A DNA stretch of 64,000 nucleotides from Thermodesulfovibrionales bacterium (GTDB taxonomy: Bacteria; Nitrospirota; Thermodesulfovibrionia; Thermodesulfovibrionales; SM23-35): contig CAVWBP010000013.1 in NCBI GenBank assembly GCA_963753165.1, forward strand, positions 51,385-115,384, in the 5' to 3' direction. Positions 28,506 through 37,772 of the stretch are shown here, piece after piece. A program made the translations under genes and the position numbers. The notes beneath the pieces were generated by a model. That model had not been told where the DNA came from, did no database searches, and saw nothing but the letters and a program-made list of their open reading frames with translations. How positions within the stretch are numbered: the first letter of the stretch is position 1; every line of letters starts with the position of its first letter.

Positions 28506-28940
28506 ATGAAGATACTGGTACCGATAGACGGATCAAAATATTCGATGGAAGGGGTTAAGGCCGCCTCAGAGTATGCGAAAACCAGGGATGCGGCAATACA
28601 CCTGATAACCGTTACCCCGTTTGTTCCCGGCATGGACCTTGAGATTTCTGCAAAGGCGCTGGACAGTCTGAATCAGAGCATGAAGAAACGCGCAGAGGAT
28701 ACCCTTGATCAGGCACAGAAAATCCTGGGGAAAGCAGGGGTTACCGCGAAGACTACGATTGCCTCATCAATATCTGCAGCAGACGAAATTATCGGCGTGG
28801 CTGAAAAGGAGAAGACAGACCTGATCATCATAGGGAGCCGGGGTCTGGGAGGCAAGGCTACGAGGTTCTTTATGGGGAGCGTGGCATCCAAAGTGGTAAA
28901 CCATGCGCCCTGTTCTGTTCTCGTGGTGAGGACAGGCTAG
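28506..28940 (+). CDS. Universal stress protein (UspA family), copy 2
   Basis: MKILVPIDGSKYS..., IIGSRGLGG, FMGSVASKVVNHAPCSVLVV. Confidence 0.85.
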   Translation: MKILVPIDGSKYSMEGVKAASEYAKTRDAAIHLITVTPFVPGMDLEISAKALDSLNQSMKKRAEDTLDQAQKILGKAGVTAKTTIASSISAADEIIGVAEKEKTDLIIIGSRGLGGKATRFFMGSVASKVVNHAPCSVLVVRTG

Positions 28941-28966
28941 AAAGTTTTTCAGATATTTTTTAATGA

Positions 28967-29000
28967 AACGAGGGCCTCTTTCGGGAGGCCCTCGTTATTT
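28967..29000 (+). terminator. Hairpin terminator candidate
   Basis: AACGAGGGCCTC-TTTCGG-GAGGCCCTCGTT followed by ATTT. The U-tail is weak. Confidence 0.5.
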
Positions 29001-29017
29001 GAATGCTATACTATTGA

Positions 29018-29851
29018 ATGAAGAAATTCCCCTATCTGCAGGCAATCCTTTTCCTTCTTACACTCCTGTCGACAGTGACAGTAGGCGCCTTGTGGACAGG
29101 GGTCGATCTCCTGAAAGAGCCTGAAAAGATTTACACCGGTCTTCCCTTTGCATTGAGCCTGCTCCTGATCCTGCTCTGCCATGAATTGTCGCACTACTTC
29201 ACTTCAAAGAAGCACGGGGTGCAGGCAACCCTGCCGTATTTCATCCCTGCGCCGACACTCATCGGCACCTTCGGCGCCTTCATCAAGATGAAATCGCCCA
29301 TACCCACGCGGGGATCTCTCATAGATATCGGGGCGTCAGGTCCCATAGCGGGTTTTCTCATCGCGGTAATCGCAACCGTAATAGGACTGTTTTTCTCTGA
29401 AGTTGTTCCTTCAGCGCAGGCCAAAGGCGCGCTGCACCTCGGGGATTCAATCCTGTTTTCATCCCTCTGCAAGATCATTCTGGGGGCGACCCCGGCTGAA
29501 TATGATATTTTTCTCCATCCCGTCGCATTTGCCGGATGGATCGGACTTTTCGTGACCTCGATCAACCTCATCCCCGTAGGGCAGCTCGATGGCGGTCATA
29601 TCGCCTACGCGCTGCTGGGAAAAAAGCACGTCCCCCTCTCCATAATCCTTATCATAGCAATGGGCATCCTCGGTCTTGTGGTATGGGAAGGATGGCTGGT
29701 CTGGTCTGTTTTGCTGACGGTACTCGGAGTCAGGCATCCTCCTGTTCTGTCCTGGGAAGTCCCTCTGGACCCGAGGAGGAGATTTACAGGCTGGGTTTCG
29801 GGCCTCATACTGGTTCTCACCTTCATACCCGTGCCGTTTCAGGGTTTGTAG
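29018..29851 (+). CDS. Site-2 protease family (M50) membrane metalloprotease
   Basis: HELSHY (HExxH) within a TM helix, and NLIPVGQLDGGH (NxxPxxxLDG). Confidence 0.8.
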   Translation: MKKFPYLQAILFLLTLLSTVTVGALWTGVDLLKEPEKIYTGLPFALSLLLILLCHELSHYFTSKKHGVQATLPYFIPAPTLIGTFGAFIKMKSPIPTRGSLIDIGASGPIAGFLIAVIATVIGLFFSEVVPSAQAKGALHLGDSILFSSLCKIILGATPAEYDIFLHPVAFAGWIGLFVTSINLIPVGQLDGGHIAYALLGKKHVPLSIILIIAMGILGLVVWEGWLVWSVLLTVLGVRHPPVLSWEVPLDPRRRFTGWVSGLILVLTFIPVPFQGL

Positions 29852-30020
29852 GAAGAGGGGCGCTCTCTTTTCGAATCCGTTTCTCTCTATTCTATGGTAT
29901 ACTATGCATGAAAAAATCAGTTGTTTGACACGCGTCTTTTCCACGGTGAATTTATGGGGGATCTGCATTTATTATCGTTCATCGGGAATGAAAATAATTC
30001 GAAAGAAAAGGAGAAGCTGA

Positions 30021-30464
30021 ATGAAGGTCATACTGAAAGAAGAGGTAAAAAATATGGGGAATATGGGCCAGATTATAGAGGTAGCCGACGGGTATGCGAG
30101 GAATTATCTGGTCCCCAGGGGACTTGCGGTAGAGGCGAATACAAAAAATATCAAGTCTCTTGAGCATCAGAAGAGAGTGATACAGGAAAAGTCGAAAAAG
30201 ATCAGGAACCAGGCCCAGGAATTGTCGAATAAAATCACTGCCATAAGCCTTGTGATTAAAGCCAAGGCCGGCGAAGAAGGGAAATTATTCGGTTCCGTGA
30301 CAACGATGGATATTGCCGAGTCCCTGAAGAACGAAGGGATGGAGATAGACAAGAAAAAGATTTCTCTCGACGAGCCGATTAAGAGACTCGGCTCATATAC
30401 TGTGAACATCAAGGTGCATTCTGAGGTAACGACCCAGGTCAACCTTCAGGTTATTGAAGAATAG
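30021..30464 (+). CDS. rplI: 50S ribosomal protein L9
   Basis: MKVILKEEVKNMGNMGQIIEVADGYARNYLVPRGLA...; 147 aa. Confidence 0.9.
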   Translation: MKVILKEEVKNMGNMGQIIEVADGYARNYLVPRGLAVEANTKNIKSLEHQKRVIQEKSKKIRNQAQELSNKITAISLVIKAKAGEEGKLFGSVTTMDIAESLKNEGMEIDKKKISLDEPIKRLGSYTVNIKVHSEVTTQVNLQVIEE

Positions 30465-30533
30465 ACACTGAAGAACAGTGAACAGCAGGCACTAAGCACC
30501 AGGCAGCAGAAAAGAAAAACCAGACCCTTATGA

Positions 30534-31922
30534 ATGCGGGTTCCATCAATGAAAGAGACTGACATCCACCTTGACAAGCTGCCGCCCCAGAACCTGGAGG
30601 CAGAACAGTCTATTCTGGGCGCAATACTTATCGATAACGACGCCCTGCCCAGGGTGCTCGAAATTATTGATCCCGGTGATTTTTACAAGCTTTCCCACAG
30701 GAAACTCTTCTCTGCCATGACCGATCTCTTCGATAAGAACGAACCCATTGACCTGATCACCCTCCCGGATTATCTGAAAATGAAGAATGAGATGGAAGCT
30801 GTCGGCGGGCTCTCGTATCTCTCCTCGCTTGTGGCAATGACTCCGACTGCTGCGAATGTCAAATATCACTCACATATCGTCAGGGAAAAAGCCCTCCTGA
30901 GAGGGCTTCTGCGGTCTGCAAACGATATCGCGGGCAAGATCTATGAAGAGAATCTCGATGCAGAAGATCTTGTGGATTATGCGGAAAAGTCGATTTTCGA
31001 TATCTCGGACAAAAGGATCAAGGTATCTTTTGTGTCGTTGAAAGAGGTCATCAAGGACAGTTTCGAGATGATCGAACATCTCTACGATAAAAAAGAGACG
31101 ATCACCGGGGTGCCGTCCGGTTTCAAAGACCTCGATGAGTACACGACCGGTTTTCAGAAGGGCGATCTCATAGTCATCGGCGGGCGGCCTTCCATGGGGA
31201 AGACAGCGTTTGCGCTCAATGTTGCACAACATGTAGGTCTCGAAATGCGCGAACCGGTAGCCATCTTCAGCCTGGAAATGGCAAAGGAACAGCTTGCCTT
31301 CAGACTGCTCTGCGCCGAGGCCATGGTGAACTCGAACAGCATACGAAAGGGCTTCATCAAGAAAGAGGACTGGCACAGACTCACCAGTGCGGCAAGCAAA
31401 CTTACCGACGCGCCTATGTTTATCGACGACTCCTCGGCGGTCACAGCCCTCGAACTCAGGGCGAAAGCACGCCGTTTAAAAATGGAACACGGTCTCAGTC
31501 TCATCATCGTTGACTACCTGCAGCTCATGAAAGGAAAAGGGAGTTTTGAAAGGCGGGAACAGGAGATCTCTGACATATCCCGGTCCCTGAAAGGTCTTGC
31601 AAAGGAATTGAGTGTTCCGGTCATTGCGGTCAGCCAGCTGAACCGGAGCGTGGAAATGAGGAAACCCCCAAGGCCGATGCTCGCAGACCTGAGAGAGTCG
31701 GGTGCGATCGAACAGGACGCCGATGTGATCTTATTCCTCTACCGGGATGAAATATACAACAAAGACAACCCGGCGAATAAAGGACTTGCCGAAGTGGATA
31801 TCGCGAAGCAGAGAAACGGCCCTGCCGGCGTAACAGTCAAGCTTTCCTTCATATCGAAATGCACCCGGTTTATGAATCAGACAGACAGGGAATATGTAGA
31901 TTTTGACGAGGAGGCATTTTGA
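30534..31922 (+). CDS. dnaB: Replicative DNA helicase DnaB
   Basis: PPQNLEAEQSILGAIL, Walker A GGRPSMGKTAFALN, IIVDYLQLM, SQLNRSVE, LRESGAIEQDADV. Confidence 0.92.
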   Translation: MRVPSMKETDIHLDKLPPQNLEAEQSILGAILIDNDALPRVLEIIDPGDFYKLSHRKLFSAMTDLFDKNEPIDLITLPDYLKMKNEMEAVGGLSYLSSLVAMTPTAANVKYHSHIVREKALLRGLLRSANDIAGKIYEENLDAEDLVDYAEKSIFDISDKRIKVSFVSLKEVIKDSFEMIEHLYDKKETITGVPSGFKDLDEYTTGFQKGDLIVIGGRPSMGKTAFALNVAQHVGLEMREPVAIFSLEMAKEQLAFRLLCAEAMVNSNSIRKGFIKKEDWHRLTSAASKLTDAPMFIDDSSAVTALELRAKARRLKMEHGLSLIIVDYLQLMKGKGSFERREQEISDISRSLKGLAKELSVPVIAVSQLNRSVEMRKPPRPMLADLRESGAIEQDADVILFLYRDEIYNKDNPANKGLAEVDIAKQRNGPAGVTVKLSFISKCTRFMNQTDREYVDFDEEAF

Positions 31923-32722
31923 AAAGAACCCCTGCGGTTGCAGGACAGTTCTATCACGGTACTGCAGCGAAACTCACACAGCAGGTCGAACCCTGCATTG
32001 TCCCGCATGCCAAAAAGGAAAGAGTGATAGGGGTGGTATCACCCCATGCGGGCCTGATGTATTCCGGGTCCGTCGCGGGAGCAGTGTATTCGGCAATAGA
32101 GTTCCCTGATACCTTTATCCTTTTAGGCCCCAATCATACCGGACTTGGCGCGCAGGTATCCCTGATGGATGCGGGGGAATGGGAAATACCGACAGGAATT
32201 CTTGCCATAGATGAGAAGGTGGCCCACAAGATTGCGGTGAACGTGCCTCTGGTGAAACGGGATACGAGCGCACACATGTTTGAGCATTCTCTTGAGGTAC
32301 AGCTCCCCTTTATTACCTATTTTTCGAAGAGGGCCAGAATTGTGCCGCTTCTCATGCTTACCGCATCGGTTGAGGAATGCAGAACCATCGGCGAGGGCAT
32401 AGCCAGGGCAATACAGGCCGCCGGCTATCATATTGTCATCGTAGCGAGTACTGACATGAGCCATTATGTTCCCGAAAATGTCGCCCGTCAGAAGGACGGA
32501 ATGGCTATCGACCGGATACTCGCCCTTGATCCTGAAGGGTTATATGAAACCGTCGTGAAAGAACGGATATCCATGTGCGGGTATCTGCCTGCAACAACGA
32601 TGCTTTTCGCGGCAAAGGCACTCGGCGCAGAATCGGCGCGGCTTGTGAAATATACCACCTCGGCGGAAGTGAGCGATGATTATGACCGGGTCGTGGGGTA
32701 TGCAGGGGTCGTGGTACGGTGA
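31919..32722 (+). CDS. MEMO1-like protein (AmmeMemoRadiSam system protein B family)
   Basis: RTPAVAGQFY, GVVSPHAGLMYSG, STDMSHY, VVGYAG. The TTG start overlaps the dnaB stop. Confidence 0.8.
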   Translation: MKRTPAVAGQFYHGTAAKLTQQVEPCIVPHAKKERVIGVVSPHAGLMYSGSVAGAVYSAIEFPDTFILLGPNHTGLGAQVSLMDAGEWEIPTGILAIDEKVAHKIAVNVPLVKRDTSAHMFEHSLEVQLPFITYFSKRARIVPLLMLTASVEECRTIGEGIARAIQAAGYHIVIVASTDMSHYVPENVARQKDGMAIDRILALDPEGLYETVVKERISMCGYLPATTMLFAAKALGAESARLVKYTTSAEVSDDYDRVVGYAGVVVR

Positions 32723-32756
32723 ACAACTGTTTAGATCTTTCGGGGTCTACAGCCTG

Positions 32757-33422
32757 ATGATTTCAGAGAACAGGAAGAACAAACGATATGTTGTTGAAGG
32801 ACTTCAGGGGAACCTGATATATTCCTCGGACCTTGAAATCCTCAATATCAGCATCGACGGGGCTGCGATTGAGACAACCAGAAGACTCGAACTGAACAGA
32901 GAGTATACCTTCAAGATGCAGTATAACAATACCCAATTGATTTTACGGGGACGGGTTGTATGGGCGGTCCTTGTTTCAAAGAAAGGGAGGGCGGAAAGTT
33001 TTCTGCCGCGTTACAGGGCCGGTATTCAGTTTGCCGATACGCTAAGCGAAAAGCAGCAGATTCTGCGCAGGTTTATCGAGGAGAACAGACTCCGGGCCAT
33101 GGAAAGCAGAATAGGGGGGCTTCGCTGCAAAATAAGCAATACCGGAGCCATGAAGATCAATCTGCCCAGGAAATATCAAGTCAGGAAGATAAGCATGTCA
33201 GGTATGCTGGTGGAAACCGACTATCCCCTTGATATAAATGCTCATTTTGATATAGAGCTTCTCCTGAAGGACACTATGGTCAGTATTCTGGTAAAGGTGG
33301 TAAATTGCACACAGAGAAGTTCTTTGAAGACCTCTCCCTATGATATCGGCATGGAGTTTATCACAATGTCTGAAAACGATAAGGATATCCTGCAAAAGCT
33401 TCTCCCGGCATTTGAAGAATAA
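32757..33422 (+). CDS. Tandem PilZ-domain protein (putative c-di-GMP receptor)
   Basis: Two halves each carry the RxxxR ... (D/N)xSxxG pattern: RKNKRY ... NISIDG and PRKYQVRK ... ISMSGM. ATG 32757 was chosen because upstream codons overlap the preceding gene. Confidence 0.65.
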   Translation: MISENRKNKRYVVEGLQGNLIYSSDLEILNISIDGAAIETTRRLELNREYTFKMQYNNTQLILRGRVVWAVLVSKKGRAESFLPRYRAGIQFADTLSEKQQILRRFIEENRLRAMESRIGGLRCKISNTGAMKINLPRKYQVRKISMSGMLVETDYPLDINAHFDIELLLKDTMVSILVKVVNCTQRSSLKTSPYDIGMEFITMSENDKDILQKLLPAFEE

Positions 33423-33475
33423 TATCTTGTTTCGTCAATATAGTTTATGTTAAACTTATAATCTTGGAGGGTATA

Positions 33476-33793
33476 ATGTACGCAATAATTGAAAATGGAG
33501 GAAAGCAGTATACCGTTGCTCCTGGTGATACCATACAGGTTGAGAAACTTTCAGCAGAGGACGGATCAGAGGTGACCATCGATAAAGTTCTTATGGTGGT
33601 GAAAGACAGCGGAACTACTTTCGGTGCTCCCTATGTCAGCGGCGCAAAAGTAATTGCATCGGTCGAGACATCCGGGAAGGCAAAAAAAGTTATTATCCAC
33701 AAGCAGAGACCGCGGAAGGTGTACCGGAAGCTTAGAGGGCACCGGCAGCCTTATACTGCTTTGAAAATCAAGGAAATTGTTTCTGGAGGATAA
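33476..33793 (+). CDS. rplU: 50S ribosomal protein L21
   Basis: [18 protein letters not shown]..., with GGAGGG preceding ATG 33476. Confidence 0.9.
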   Translation: MYAIIENGGKQYTVAPGDTIQVEKLSAEDGSEVTIDKVLMVVKDSGTTFGAPYVSGAKVIASVETSGKAKKVIIHKQRPRKVYRKLRGHRQPYTALKIKEIVSGG

Positions 33794-33795
33794 GA

Positions 33796-34056
33796 ATGGC
33801 GCACAAGAAAGGCGTGGGAAGTTCAAGAAACGGCCGTGACAGTCAATCAAAACGGCTTGGCGTTAAGCGGTTCGGCGGACAGGTTGTCCGGTCCGGCAAT
33901 ATCCTGGTAAGGCAGAGGGGAACGAAATTTCATCCCGGAATGAACGTCGGCAAAGGTTCTGACGATACCCTTTTTGCAAAAATAGACGGAGTTGTCACCT
34001 TTGAACGGAAGGACAGAGCAAGGCTACAGATCAGCGTGTATCCTGTTACCCAGTAG
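33796..34056 (+). CDS. rpmA: 50S ribosomal protein L27
   Basis: [24 protein letters not shown]...[15 protein letters not shown]. Confidence 0.92.
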   Translation: MAHKKGVGSSRNGRDSQSKRLGVKRFGGQVVRSGNILVRQRGTKFHPGMNVGKGSDDTLFAKIDGVVTFERKDRARLQISVYPVTQ

Positions 34057-34075
34057 AAGAATACGATATCCTCAC

Positions 34076-34106
34076 AAAAAAGGCGGACTAAAAGTCCGCC
34101 TTTTTT
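34076..34106 (+). terminator. Rho-independent terminator after rpmA
   Basis: AAAAAGGCGGAC-TAAAA-GTCCGCCTTTTTT. Confidence 0.75.
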
Positions 34107-34125
34107 GTTGAGGAGCATGTTTGGT

Positions 34126-34281
34126 TAGAACCTATCTCAAAATCGGTTCTTGTTTATTTTAATGTCATTCCCGCAAGCGAAGCACGTCGGGAATCCTTCT
34201 GAAAACAAAGAAAGATTCCGGACAAGCCGGAATGACATACTAATGGCATATCATGAAATATCAATTTTGAGATAGGTTCTA
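34126..34281. mobile_element. MITE-like element with perfect 18-bp terminal inverted repeats, carrying a nested type-A palindromic repeat
   Basis: TAGAACCTATCTCAAAAT (34126-34143) and ATTTTGAGATAGGTTCTA (34264-34281). The interior 34164-34237 is GTCATTCCCGCAAGCGAAGCACGTCGGGAATCC...AAGATTCCGGACAAGCCGGAATGACA. It has no coding capacity. Confidence 0.65.
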
Positions 34282-34320
34282 GCATATATATCATGAATTT
34301 TCGGATGAATACGGCAGGTA

Positions 34321-34396
34321 TCCCGAAAGCCTTCGGGACTCATTCTCGGCCCCCGATAAGAATCGGGATAAAGCCGCTCAAATACTGTACCCGCCG
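34321..34396. repeat. Palindrome TCCCGAAAGCCTTCGGGA plus a partial copy of the 13336-13450 element
   Basis: CTCATTCTCGG..., GATAAAGC... and CAAATACTGTACCCGCCG match segments of 13356-13450. Only the right arm is present. Confidence 0.5.
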
Positions 34397-34445
34397 TATT
34401 ACATAGTCAGTTTATAAATAGTATCTGTTTATAAACGCAGGGTTT

Positions 34446-34505
34446 GTCATCCTCCGGCTTGACCGGGGGATGAAAATACTGGATTCCCGCCTTCGCGAGA
34501 ATGAC
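34446..34505. repeat. Short variant of the GTCATT...AATGAC superfamily
   Basis: GTCATCCTCCGGCTTGACCGGGGGATGA-AAATA-CTGGATTCCCGCCTTCGCGAGAATGAC. Confidence 0.6.
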
Positions 34506-34575
34506 GAATTTTTATCGGAATCGCACTTTATAAAAAGACACTAAATAATGTAGGTTAAATGGGAAAGAATAAATC

Positions 34576-35601
34576 ATGCAATTTGCAGATTATGTAAAGA
34601 TATTTGTACGGTCAGGTGACGGAGGAAGAGGCTGCGTAAGCTTCAGGAGGGAAAAATATGTCCCAAGGGGTGGGCCTGATGGTGGCGATGGAGGAAAAGG
34701 AGGGACTGTTGTCTTGCAGTCGACCAAGGTTTTAAATACCCTTCTTGACCATACCTACCATAAGGAATACAGGGCGAAAAGGGGACAACACGGGATGGGA
34801 AAGAAGATGCACGGGAGAAACGGCGATGATCTCATCATAAAAGTACCCGTCGGTACCGTGGTCAAAGATGCTGAGACGAAGAGCATACTGGCTGATATGG
34901 ACGAAGAGGGCATGCAAGTTATTATTGCAAAGGGTGGAAGAGGAGGGCTTGGTAATTCGCATTTTGCGACGCCGACAAGGCAGGCGCCCCGGTTTGCGCA
35001 GCCGGGAGAGGAGGGCGAAGAACAGTGGTTGATCCTGGAGTTGAAACTCCTTGCCGACGTGGGCCTGATAGGGCTGCCGAACGCAGGGAAGTCTACTTTT
35101 CTCTCGGTAATATCTTCCGCGCGGCCCAAGATTGCGGACTATCCTTTCACGACCCTTGCCCCGGTTCTGGGAGTGGTAAAGCGCCCGGATTTCAGGAGCT
35201 TTGTAGTTGCTGATATCCCCGGGCTTATTGAAGGCGCCCATAAGGGCGCGGGACTTGGCTTCCAGTTTCTCAGGCATACCGAGCGGACCGCCATACTCAT
35301 CCACCTCGTTGATATATCGGAACTTTCCTCTGACGATCCCATAGGGAATTTCGAAAAAATAAACAGGGAGATCGCGCTTTATAATGAAGAACTGCTCAAA
35401 AAGCCCCAAATCGTAGTGGGGACAAAACTCGATATTGCGGGGGATGGGGTGAGACTCAAGAAACTTGAAAAGTACTGTGCAATGAATGGCAGGGAGTTTT
35501 TCTCTGTGGCGGCAGTCACCGGCAGCGGTGTGCAAGATCTCCTCCATCGTATTGCAACAATATTGGGAAGCCTCAGGGAGAAAAAAACAAGTAACTCATA
35601 G
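34576..35601 (+). CDS. obg: GTPase Obg/CgtA
   Basis: FVRSGDGGRGCVSFRREKY, GGPDGGDGGKGG, G1 GLPNAGKST, DIPGLIEGA, TKLD. Confidence 0.92.
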   Translation: MQFADYVKIFVRSGDGGRGCVSFRREKYVPRGGPDGGDGGKGGTVVLQSTKVLNTLLDHTYHKEYRAKRGQHGMGKKMHGRNGDDLIIKVPVGTVVKDAETKSILADMDEEGMQVIIAKGGRGGLGNSHFATPTRQAPRFAQPGEEGEEQWLILELKLLADVGLIGLPNAGKSTFLSVISSARPKIADYPFTTLAPVLGVVKRPDFRSFVVADIPGLIEGAHKGAGLGFQFLRHTERTAILIHLVDISELSSDDPIGNFEKINREIALYNEELLKKPQIVVGTKLDIAGDGVRLKKLEKYCAMNGREFFSVAAVTGSGVQDLLHRIATILGSLREKKTSNS

Positions 35602-35618
35602 CCGATTTTTTCTGTATA

Positions 35619-37772
35619 ATGGATATCATGGCGAATGAGAGCGAGCGAGTCCCTATTGATGCAAGGCTCCTGAGCGATGCGATCATTGAACTCAATATCT
35701 CCCGGCGAAACATAGCGATCTATCCGAAAGACCACCCCTCTGTTGAAAAATCATTAAACCGCGCCTTTGAATTCATCCGGAAACTGTTTGAAATAAGACC
35801 TGAGATAACACTCGCCATTGCGAAGGATACCCTCATTATAGACGAATTTTATCTGGACAAGAAAAATCCGGTCTTCAGAGAATTTGCCCTGCAGCTCAGC
35901 AAACTGAACATAGCAGCAGTAACATTTATAACAGGCCTGACGAAAGAAGAGTTATATGAATTCCACCGGTTTATCTCGGAAAAGGCGAGTGATCAGCCTG
36001 TCGAAGTTGTTCAGGAGGCCGTCAGGGAACTGAATCTGATACATCTCAGGTTTGGATTTGTCGATTATGATGCATTTGCGTTCAGTGAAGGCAAGACCTT
36101 GAAAGAGGCTGCAAGCGCGCCGCTTTGGGAAAGGTACGTATACGGGTTGCTTGAAGGGACATTGCAGACACAGGACATAACAGATGAATTCAGGGAGATT
36201 CCTCCCGATGTGCTCGCGCGGTTTCTCAACCGGAAACAGGATCAGCCCCTGAAAGAGGAGACATATGATAAAGTGATTACCACCTACATAAGGAGATCCT
36301 CGGAAAGTGCTTTCAGCAGCCAGGACCTGAAAAGACTCCTCGATTTTATCAATGGTCTCAAACCTGAGCTCAAACGGCAGTTCCTCAATTCGACGGCGAG
36401 GACGTTTTCGTCAGACGTCGACGCAGCATATAAAGCGCTGAAGGATACCTCAGTGGATGAGGTTATCGAGTTGCTGAGCGCTATGAATGAACAGAAAGTG
36501 GTCATCCCTGACGTCCTGAAAAATCTGCTCGAAAAACTGGGAGAATTCAATCAGGACGGTTTGACCTCTTTTACCCTGGACGATGGCCTTCTGGTCGATG
36601 ACATATTTCTCTCTCCGGAGCTTGTAGGTCTTCTGGAAGGAGACGGCTTCCATGCATATATAACCGGCACCTATCAGAAAGAGATACAGAAACTGCTCGA
36701 TTTTAAGACGTTAGGGGGGCCGGTAATGCTGCCACAGGAATCAGAAAAAGATTTTAATGACGATATTATCGAAAGGGATTTCAACCAGACAGTCATCGAG
36801 TTGCTCTTGTCGGACGTCGTTTCGGAAGACGAATACCAGACCTTTGCCAATATTATTCGTGACCAGACTGAGCAGTTCCTCTGGACAGGGCAATACGGAC
36901 AAATACTGAAATCATTGAAGGTGTTTGAGGAAAACCTCATGAAGAACAGATTCCCAGATATCAACTCCGGGATTCTCCGCTATTACCACTCTGCGGAATT
37001 TATTCCGACATTCATCGATTCCCTCAGGTTACTGGGAAGGCAGACGAGGCAAGAAGCGTGGTCACTCTGCGAATATTACGGCGATGAGATTATCCCTGAT
37101 TTGATGAATACGCTTGCAGGAGAGCAATCGCAGACCATACGAAGATTTCTCATGAGCCTTCTCAAACAGTTCGGTGAGAAGATCATCCCCGATGCAGTGA
37201 AGCGGCTCGGCGACAGCCGCTGGTTTGTGAAAAGAAATATGCTTTATATACTTGGAGAGTGCAGTCACCCGGATATTCTCCCCCATGTGCGACCCTACTG
37301 CCGTCATGAAAATCGCAAGGTAAGTGTTGAGGCGATCAAATGCCTGCTGAACGCAGGGGACCGGTACGGCGTTGAAGCGGTAAGGGAGTGTCTTTCTTCA
37401 GATGTCAAGGAACTGGTTGAGCAGGCGATAACACTCACAGGAGCGTTCAGGGTCAAGGAGGCCGTTCCTGATTTAGTGCAGATGCTTGGAAAACGGGGGA
37501 TAGGCGGCGCGGATCTGTATGACAAGATCCCTCTGGTGAAGGCTCTCGGCGAAATAGGAGATCCCCACGCTCTTGATATACTGAGGGAACTGCTTTCCAG
37601 CAAGAGCATCCTTTTTAAAGGGATTGCAGTGAGGCTCAAGGAAGAGATATACAGGACACTAAAACATTATCCTTACGCGAGTATTCAGGATATGATAGAG
37701 GCTGGTCTGAAATCAAAGAATGAGTATATCAGAGAAGAATCCCTGCGGCTGCAGAAAAGAGGAGATCGATAA
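35619..37772 (+). CDS. HEAT-repeat protein with a large uncharacterised N-terminal region
   Basis: The C-terminal third shows HEAT/PBS-lyase-type repeats (LGDSRWFVKRNMLYILGE; LVKALGEIGDPHALDILRELL). The stop abuts the start of the HD-GYP gene. Confidence 0.65.
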   Translation: MDIMANESERVPIDARLLSDAIIELNISRRNIAIYPKDHPSVEKSLNRAFEFIRKLFEIRPEITLAIAKDTLIIDEFYLDKKNPVFREFALQLSKLNIAAVTFITGLTKEELYEFHRFISEKASDQPVEVVQEAVRELNLIHLRFGFVDYDAFAFSEGKTLKEAASAPLWERYVYGLLEGTLQTQDITDEFREIPPDVLARFLNRKQDQPLKEETYDKVITTYIRRSSESAFSSQDLKRLLDFINGLKPELKRQFLNSTARTFSSDVDAAYKALKDTSVDEVIELLSAMNEQKVVIPDVLKNLLEKLGEFNQDGLTSFTLDDGLLVDDIFLSPELVGLLEGDGFHAYITGTYQKEIQKLLDFKTLGGPVMLPQESEKDFNDDIIERDFNQTVIELLLSDVVSEDEYQTFANIIRDQTEQFLWTGQYGQILKSLKVFEENLMKNRFPDINSGILRYYHSAEFIPTFIDSLRLLGRQTRQEAWSLCEYYGDEIIPDLMNTLAGEQSQTIRRFLMSLLKQFGEKIIPDAVKRLGDSRWFVKRNMLYILGECSHPDILPHVRPYCRHENRKVSVEAIKCLLNAGDRYGVEAVRECLSSDVKELVEQAITLTGAFRVKEAVPDLVQMLGKRGIGGADLYDKIPLVKALGEIGDPHALDILRELLSSKSILFKGIAVRLKEEIYRTLKHYPYASIQDMIEAGLKSKNEYIREESLRLQKRGDR

